The notes under the pieces were generated by a model. It did no database searches. It saw nothing but the letters and a program-made list of their open reading frames with translations, and was not told where the DNA came from. A DNA stretch of 64,000 bases from Podarcis cretensis (lineage: Eukaryota): positions 1,178,001-1,242,000 of the forward strand of contig OX638161.1 of the NCBI GenBank assembly GCA_951804945.1. The letters run 5' to 3'. Position numbers and translations under genes: made by a program. Positions 49,001-58,000 of the stretch are shown piece by piece (positions within the stretch are counted from its first letter, which is position 1; every line of letters starts with the position of its first letter).

Positions 49001-52000
49001 GGACAAATGCATGGAGGAGGAGGAGGAAGAGGAGAAGGCCATTGATCGCTTTGAGCCTCAATATGCTCTGCCTCAGGCACTGCAACAGCCTCCCCAGGAT
49101 CATGCCCTTAATCCATGAGACTTCCAGAGGGGCAACCATGTTAGTCTCTTGCAAGAAAGGCACCTTAAAGCCTAATAGATTTATCATGGCATCCACTTCA
49201 TTGGATGTTCAGCTGACACTGTGGGTTCGAGTCTGCAAAAAAACCCAAAAAAACTTATGCCATAATAAATTTCCTTCCTAATACATAATTTAAAATCTCA
49301 TGATTTCAAACAAAAACCCTGCCAGTTTCAAGTCTAAGGCTGTGCTGAAGTGGAGTGGGGTGCAAGAACTTCTTGGCACTTCAGTCCATTTCAAAAGCCC
49401 CCCCCCCCCCTTGCAAGTTTTCAGGGAGGTCTTCCAAAGCATTACGGGGCAAATAGTTATCTGCTCTCAACTGGTGCTTTGCTTTCTGTAAGGGCATCTA
49501 GCGCAGTGGCCTCATTTTTCACCTGGTTTGTGCTCCGGCTCATCTGTCGCACTGATTTCAAAGTGGTGCCCCCAGTTTCCCCAACTGATGTTGCTCCACC
49601 ATCTTTTTCCAAAGGGCTTCAAGTATCTGTACCTGACCCCGCAGGAGTACACCAGGATCAGCTCCACAAACTCTGTTCACTGTGAGCACGTGGAGGAAGC
49701 CGGCGAATCGAGGTGAGTCAATGGTGTCCCCCTGTCTTGGCTTGCCTGCAAAAGGTCCCGTGTTCAACCCCCAAGGGTATTTCCAGGTGAGACAGGGGAA
49801 AACAACAACCGTGTCTACAATCCCAGAGAGCCTCTACTAGTCATGGAAAGGCAGCCAAGTGCCAGGCTAGATGGACCAGTGCTTTGCCTGGCTGTCAGGC
49901 AGCTTCCCTCGTTCCTGGGAGGAGGAACTCTTGGTGTCCTGCCCTGCCTGGCTCCATCTTTCAGCCGCCTTGGCCTCCTGCAGGTACATCATCACCGATA
50001 TCATTGGCAAAGAAGAAGGCTTTGGCGTGGAGAACTTAAGAGCATCAGGCACCATCGCTGGGGAGTCTTCTCTTGCCTATGATGAAATTGTCACCATCAG
50101 CATGGTATGTATGTATGTAGGTAGGTATGTAGGTATGTATATCCTGCTTTCCCCCAGACTGGGACTCAAAGCAGCCCTGGCTCTTTCTGTCTCCTGCAGG
50201 TGACCTGCCGTGCCATCGGAATTGGGGCTTACCTGGTGAGGCTGGGCCAGCGGGTGATCCAGGTGGAGAACTCCCACATCATTCTGACCGGAGCTGGAGC
50301 TCTGAATAAGGTAGTGAGCAGGCAGCGTTCCCTAAGCTTCCTCCATGTTCCATTGCGCAGATCCTTCTTGGCACTCCATTTCCTTTTGCTTGTTCTCATG
50401 CAGCACTAAAGAGCTCCCAGGAGCTCTCTTCATCTTCTCAGCTGGATGGCTCTCATTTTGCCATGTCTGCCTCTCGGCCAAGGAGCCACCCGCTCCCAGA
50501 CCATCTCAACTGCCTGCAGCTGCGGTGAGGGAAAGGACGGAACAATTTCTCTCTCTGCCCATGAAATATTTTGGGGATATAAAAAGAGAGTCACTGCATC
50601 TCCCTAAGTGATTTGCATCACAGTCCTACACGTGTTGCAGCATTTGGGACCTTTTAGTTTAGAGAGATGGCGAGCGAGAGGCGACACAATGGAAGTTTAC
50701 TGAAATATGCCTGGCCTGGGGAAAGTGAAGAGAGAAAAGTCCTTCTCTCCCTCTCATGACACACGGGGCTTCTCCACACTCCCTGTTGTCCTGCTGCTTC
50801 CCCTGGAGGAAGCCGGTTGCTGGCCAGTGGGGCAGGCGGGGCGGGACAGCCCCTGGGCTCAGGTCCTGCTTGCTGGCTTCTCACAGGTATCTGGCTGGCC
50901 CCTGTGAGAGCAGGAGGCTGGGGCCAATGGGTCGCCATTGGCCTGATCCGGTAGGGTTCTTCTTATGTTCTTCTTGGATTGGGGTTGTGTTTTTGGACCA
51001 GGTCTTGGGCCGTGAAGTGTACACTTCAAACAACCAGCTTGGAGGGGTGCAGATCATGCACAATAATGGCGTTTCCCACGTAACAGTTCCAGACGATTTT
51101 GAAGGCGTCTACACTATTCTGCAGTGGCTTACATTTATGCCAAAGGTAGGCTGAGGGCAACAGAGCTTTGACAATCCTCACAATTCCTCTCTAGTCATCC
51201 CACCTCATAATTATCATTTATCCTAATAGGGGTGATAAACACCAGGGGTGCAATGTTTCATTCATTCATTCATTTATTTATTTATTTATTTTTGTCATGT
51301 TCTTGTTTTCTTCCTTGTGAAAACAAAACCTATCCATAAATAAATTCTTAGAATAAAGTATCTTAATTGACTGAAAAAGTTTCCCCCTATCTTAACTGGG
51401 CAGCAAACGTAAAATAAAAAAATAATGATTTAAATTTTTTTTAAAGGGAATTACCAATAAATAAATAAAAATCCAGTACAGTCATACCTCAGAAATCAAA
51501 CACCTTGTGAGTCAAACATTTTGGCTCCTGAATGCCACAAACCCGGAAATGAGGATTCTGGTTTGCGAACGTTCTTTGGAACCCGAATGTCTGAGGTGGG
51601 TTCGGCAGGTTCCGGTTGGCTGCAGGTTTGATTTCCGAACGTTTTGGAAGTCGAATGGACTTCCGGAACGGATTCCGTTCAACTTCCGAGGTATGACTGT
51701 AGTTGATGGCCACCATCTTAGAATTCTCTGTCCTGCTTCTCTCATAAACCGGAGGGCAGATTTATGTAGGTTTAATTGACGGGTTGAGGATGCGACCCTA
51801 TGATTCCAGGAAGGGCATTCACTGGGGCCATGGGATATTGCTGACCACCCTCTCCGTGGGCACAGATGGCCTGCCCCCTCCCCAAGGCCCCCTTTGCCAT
51901 CCCCTTTGAGGGAGAAAGAGGGTCCCTTCCGACAATTTTATGAGGCTTTGATTCTATAAGATGCTGTTCACATTCTCAGAGCTAAGCAGCCCTAATTTCT

Positions 52001-55000
52001 TCCTTTCTTGATCATCTTCTCAGGGCTCTCGTTTTGTTTAAAGCTCGTTTAAGAGAAGTTTCTTCTTGTAGGACAATCGTAGCCCTTTGCCTATCACCAC
52101 CACAAGTGACCCCATTGACAGAGAAATTGACTTTGTCCCTTCCAAAGCCCCTTATGATCCCCGGTGGATGCTGGCAGGGAGACCTCATCCCAGTAAGTAC
52201 AGGCACTAACCCAGCTGCAAGAATTCTGCAATGCTTTTGGAGGTATGGAACTGAAAGGGGAGGGGTTGCAATGTAATAGCAGGGGAATTGTTTCTGACCT
52301 GGAATTTTCTTCATTGACATTTCCTCCTAGTCAGTGTCATCAAGGCAAATCTACAATTTGTTTGCCAGACTTCCAGGGCTGACCTGAAGTCTCTAGGTTT
52401 GTGTGGCCCTCTCCAAGTGACAGAGGGAGGTTGCCATTGTTGTTGTTGTCATTACTAATAATAATGGGCTATGCTTGAAGCTTACAAGCTTCAGCCTGGC
52501 AGGAGCTGGTTGCAGGTTATTGCATAGACTCTCTGGAAGATCTGTCCCCTTTCCCTCTCCCAATTAACTTCCATCTCCAAGGCTCAAGGCTCATCAACGG
52601 TTCTGCTTGTCCCCTGCCTAAAAAAAAACGGGTCTGAGCGGTTTTCCATTTGACCTGCTGCTTACCCCAGACAAACCTTCCCTTCGCGACTGAGTCACAG
52701 CAAATGTCAGTCCATGGAAAACCCCACTGATATTTGCTCTGTTTCAGCTGTAAAGACTGAAGTTCTTCCCAGGGGGAAATGGCAGGACAAGCAAAAAGCT
52801 GCATGAACACTCTGTGTGGGGAGGAATTTCCATCCAGTGACGTATTTGTTCATTTGTAGACTTCATGTTTTTTATTTGGACGACATGCTCTTGGCGACTA
52901 TGGTTAATGCTTAATGTGTCGTGCCTAAGGACACCACTGGGCTCCAGCCCCCAATGATATCACCAGAGGCTGCCCCAAGGTTTCAGGATTGGGCCCTGGG
53001 CTCTCAGGATCTGACAGCCCAAAATACAGTATAAAACCAAAAGCATTGTGAATTGCATAATTATAAGATGTGGATCAAATATGTGGAGTAAAAATGCAAG
53101 GGAAAGCAAAAGACCATAAACTCCACTGTGAAAGTTTTTTTAAAAGGAAAAAAAAGCTGAAAATGGAGGCGAGCTGCATAAGCAATCTGCCAGACACCTG
53201 TTGCCTGCCTTCTCCTCACAGGTTAGACTGGTCCCAAGTTGTTAAGGGCTCTATGTACTAATAGTAGTAATAGTAACACCTGGCAGCGAATCAATGGCTG
53301 GTGCAGATCTCGGAGCATAAGGTGTTGTAAGTGGATGAGCCTGTCAGCTATCAGGCTGCAGCATTCTGCTGCACTAACTGCAGCTGACTGTGGCAGTCGA
53401 GGCTCTTTGAGCCTGGGACTGCATTTACCAGGGGTCTTCTCCCTCGTTCCCTGCTGCTACGACATTTCCCCAGCTTTGCATATAATGAACGCAGCATATA
53501 TGAAGAGGTTGTGGCTTTGGAAGGTCACAGTCAGACTTTTCTCAGCGTCCCCCGTTCCTTTATTGTGCAGCTGTGAAGGGCTCCTGGCAAAGCGGCTTCT
53601 TTGACCACGGCTCTTTCATGGAGATAATGCAGCCCTGGGCCCAGACGGTGGTGGTTGGCAGAGCCAGGTATTGGCCGAATCTTCCCTCTTACTAGAGGCA
53701 GTTGGGGAGAGGAGGGGGCTGGCACATTATTAAAGGTGCCCCCCAATGGCTGCCTGATCAGTTACTGGGGTGGGCTACACTCCTGCCTTTGTCACGGCAC
53801 CCAGGCCATTTAATGCCTGGTGCAGAATTCGTCAGAATGAAAATCTCTGCTTTCTGCCTTTTGCATAAATAGGATTCCTAGTCCTTATGATCATTGAAAT
53901 GCTCTTGGAGTCTTTAAATAGTTTTTCATTTGTTTTACATGGAGTCCACATGAAGCTCTTTTCCCTCCTTCGGATTCTTTGCAGGCTGGGAGGGATCCCG
54001 GTAGGTGTGATCGCAGTGGAGACCCGAACAGTGGAGTTGGCGGTGCCAGCTGATCCAGCAAACCCGGAATCAGAAGCGAAGGTTGGGAGCGCTAGAGTCA
54101 TTTGCATTCCTGTACCATTGCTGATTTTATCTTTTCCATGAACCTGTATTGTTCTTCTCAAGCTGCCTTGTTGTTTTGGTGACCTCTACATTCCTTGTGT
54201 AAAAAGTCAGCAGACCACATGGCTCCTCTTCTGCTGTGACACATCCCTTGAAACATGGGCACTGTGTCGGGGGGGGGAGCTTTGGCCCGAATGTTCGTTT
54301 GAAAATGGCAAAACAACAACAACAAACTTTTGGTAACCCCCCATTAGCCCCTGGCCCCTCAACCTGCTGGCTGCTGTCACTAGGATCTGAAATTTTTACC
54401 TGCTTTCCTTTTTACTAAGTTTTTGGTTTTGAAGAGTCCCCCCCCCCTACACACAACCTCTTCTGTTCCCTCCTTCCTAGATAATCCAGCAAGCTGGACA
54501 GGTTTGGTTTCCGGATTCAGCCTTTAAAACAGCCCAGGCTATCAGAGACTTTGACCGTGAACGCCTACCACTTTTGATTTTTGCCAACTGGAGAGGATTC
54601 TCTGGTGGGATGAAAGGTAACTTACGCACCTCTCCTTGTATGAGCTGACCATGGTCACCTGAGGCCCTTCTTCATGTGCCACCTCCATAGGAGGACAGGA
54701 AGGCAGCAACCTGAGAACGGGGCCTTTTCAGTGGTGTCCCCCCACTTGTGAAATGCTATTCCCAGGGAGGCTTCCTTGGCACCTTCATTATATACCTTTA
54801 GGCACCAGGCAGAAACATTTCTTTTCTGCCAAGCCTTTGGCTGTTAATCACCCATGGCCTCGTTCAGTGGGTAAGATCTTTTAATCCTGCCTTTTAAAAT
54901 AGCCACGTGTTTTAGATTTCTCTGCCTTGTTTTATGCTGGTTTTAATGTAAGTGTTCTTTAATTATTGTTGTCGATCGTTTCAAGTTACTTTGCTTAAAA

Positions 55001-58000
55001 GAGTGGTGAATAAGTTTAATTTTAAAAAATCACCCAGTGATGTTACTTGCTCCCTCGGCCCTGGAGCTGGCCTTGACTCCTGCCCTCCTTGCAGACATGT
55101 ATGACCAGGTGCTGAAGTTCGGGGCGTATATAGTGGACAGCCTTCGGCAATTCAAGCAGCCGGCCCTCGTCTACATCCCCCCCCATGCCGAGCTCCGCGG
55201 GGGCTCCTGGGTGGTGATTGATCCAACTATCAATCCTCTTCACATGGAGCTGTATGCAGACAAAGAGAGCAGGTGGGTGCTGAGGGAGGCGCACTTCCGT
55301 TAGACAGTCTTGTCGTCAGAACATCAGAAGAGCCCTGCTGCTGGGTCAGGCCAAGGGCCCATCCAGGCCAGCATCCTGTTCTCACAGGGGCCAGCCAGAG
55401 GCCCCAAAGAGAAACTGGCCAGCAGCACCCGAGTGAAAGAGCCCTCTCCCCCAGGACGGCTTCAAGAAACTGGCATTCTTCCAGAAGCTTCTTCCAGCCA
55501 TGGAGGCAAATAATAGCCATTGTGGCGAGTAGCCACTGACAGGCCTCTCCTCTGTGAATTTGTCCAGCCCTCTTTTAAAGCCATCCAAGTTGGTGGCCAT
55601 CACTGCCTCCTGTGGCAGGGAGTTCCATAGTCTAATTATGTGCTGTGTGATGCAGCCATGCTTCTGAATGCCAGTTGCTGGAACTGCAAGAGGGGAGGGT
55701 TGCTCTTGTGCTCAGATCCTGGGCTTATGGTTGGCCCCTGTGAGAACAGCATGCTGGACTGCATGAGCTGCCTTTGGCCTGAACCAGCAGACTCTTCTTG
55801 GGTTCTTATGTTCTTTAACATCTGGAGCCCCCCCCCAAAGGGCCCAGTCTCTGATCCAAAGTGATCCCGTCCATGGAGCCTGGCTGAACATCTCCACCAG
55901 CATGTACTTAAAAGCCGCAAGGATGTCTGGCTGGAAAGAGTGCAAGAGCCCTAATTTGGGCAGCTCCTGTAAGCCTCTGGTCTCTGTTTCTGCAAGATGG
56001 CTTTGCTTTCCAGGGGGGGCATCTTAGAAGCTGAAGGTACCGTGGAAATCAAATTCCGGAGGAAGGAGCTGCAGAAGACCATGAGAAGGATTGATGCCAC
56101 CTATGCCAGGATTGCTGAGCAGCTGGGTAAGAAAAGAGAGAAGGGCTGTGGGGCTGTTTCCTGCCTCCCTACCCCCCCCACCTTCCCCTTAAAGCTTGGC
56201 CTTGGAATAAGGTTTCTACCCATTTTCAAAGGCCGTATTTGATCCAGGGTGGGGAGGTGGGGGAGAGCAAATATTCTTGATGTGCTCTTTTTGGCATGTT
56301 TTGCTAGAGCAGACTGGACCACCCTGGTGCCCTCCATCGGCCCCATCCAGCACAGCTGCAGGATGACAGAACCATGGCCCTGCTGGCTGGGCTTGAAGGA
56401 AGATGCCGTCCCAAACATCTGGAGGGCACCGGGTTGGCAAAGGCTCCTCTGGTGAACCTGGAAGTCAGAAGAGAGGAAGCTGCTTTCTGCAGAGTCCGAC
56501 TAGCGGTCTCTCGAGCTCAGCATTCTTTGGGGTTTCAGGCAGGGAGTCCTTTCCAAGACTCCTCTGGACACCCCAGGGGAGATGGTGCCTGGGACCTTCT
56601 GCTTGCAAGGCAGATGCCCTGACCACTGAACTCTATAGTCCTTCCCTGCACAGACTTCTTCCTCCCTGGCATTTTCCTCCCTGCCACGGATCAGCCGCTT
56701 TTTCTGGTGTCTACAGATTTTGTCTTCTCCTACAAAGACTTCTTGTATTCTGGGATTAACAGGTTCCCTGAGGCTCTCTGCAGAGGAGCACAAGGAGCTG
56801 GAGAAGCAGCTGAAGGCCCGCGAGGATTACCTCCTCCCCATCTTCCACCAGGTGGCAGTGCAGTTTGCTGACCTCCACGACACGCCAGGGAGGATGCAGG
56901 AGAAAGGAGTCGTTACAGTTAAGCCATGGGTTTTTTTCTTCTCGCTCCCAAATTCTCTGTTCTTCAGCCTCTGGAGTCTGATCATCCCTCATGCCTGAGA
57001 AGGTGTAGGAACTGTTTTTCATTTCATTCAAGTTGGAAAAACAAGGGCTGGAATCCTTGTTCCACTCTAATGCTTGCTGCATCTCCCTTGTGCTCCATCT
57101 CACGTTAACCTCTCTCACAGGGTTCTCATGAAGATAAAATGCAGGGAAGGGTCTTTGTCTGCTGGGCAGAGTATCTTGGAGAAAGCGTGGAATGAAAATA
57201 TAACCATACGCTTGTGGGCTCATGAACCTGCTCAGCTTCTGAGCCATACTTGCCCAACCTGCTGCCCCCCAGATATGTTTGCCTCCCACTCTCATGGTTA
57301 GCCCCAGACTTGCTAAGACCTCCTGTCTTGTCACAGCAGAGTTGATGGAGAGCATCATTCAGGCTGCCTAAGGGGAGTTAAGTATGTCTACAACACTGGA
57401 TAATGTGAATATCCTGATAAGCTTCCTCCGGCCAATGCAATAATTTATTAATATTCCCATAAAAAAAAAACTAGCAACGACCTTATTTGCTCCCTTTTAG
57501 GACATTCTCCAGTGGAAAAATGCCCGGGCGTTCTTCTACTGGCGTTTGCGGCGCCTCCTGCTGGAGGAAGTCGTGAAGGCAGAGATCCTAGAGGCTCACA
57601 GCGAGTTAAGCAACAGCCACATCCAGTCCATGCTGCGACGATGGTTCCTGGAAACGGAGGGTGCCGTGAAGGTGCTTGGCTTGGCTCTGTTGCAAGGATG
57701 GGGTAGCCTCCAGGCCAAGCCAGCGTACTCTGGGGGTTCAGGGGGGTCTCCCTCTTTCCACCTCAGCTGCTGGCCATGCAGCACCTCCAAGGGTTTGGAC
57801 ATACACCGTTTGTATGTGTACATGGAGCCCTTGCAGCCAAACCCCTGTGTGCAATCTACCTGTAGATATAAGACGCCTTAATAATAATACAAAGCATGGG
57901 TAAAATTGTGGCGTTGTCAGAGTGGAAGGCAAGTTTACAGAGAGAAGGGGGCTTAAAGCCTGTGCATTTCATCCCATTCTCACCTCTGGTTAAATGGGTT

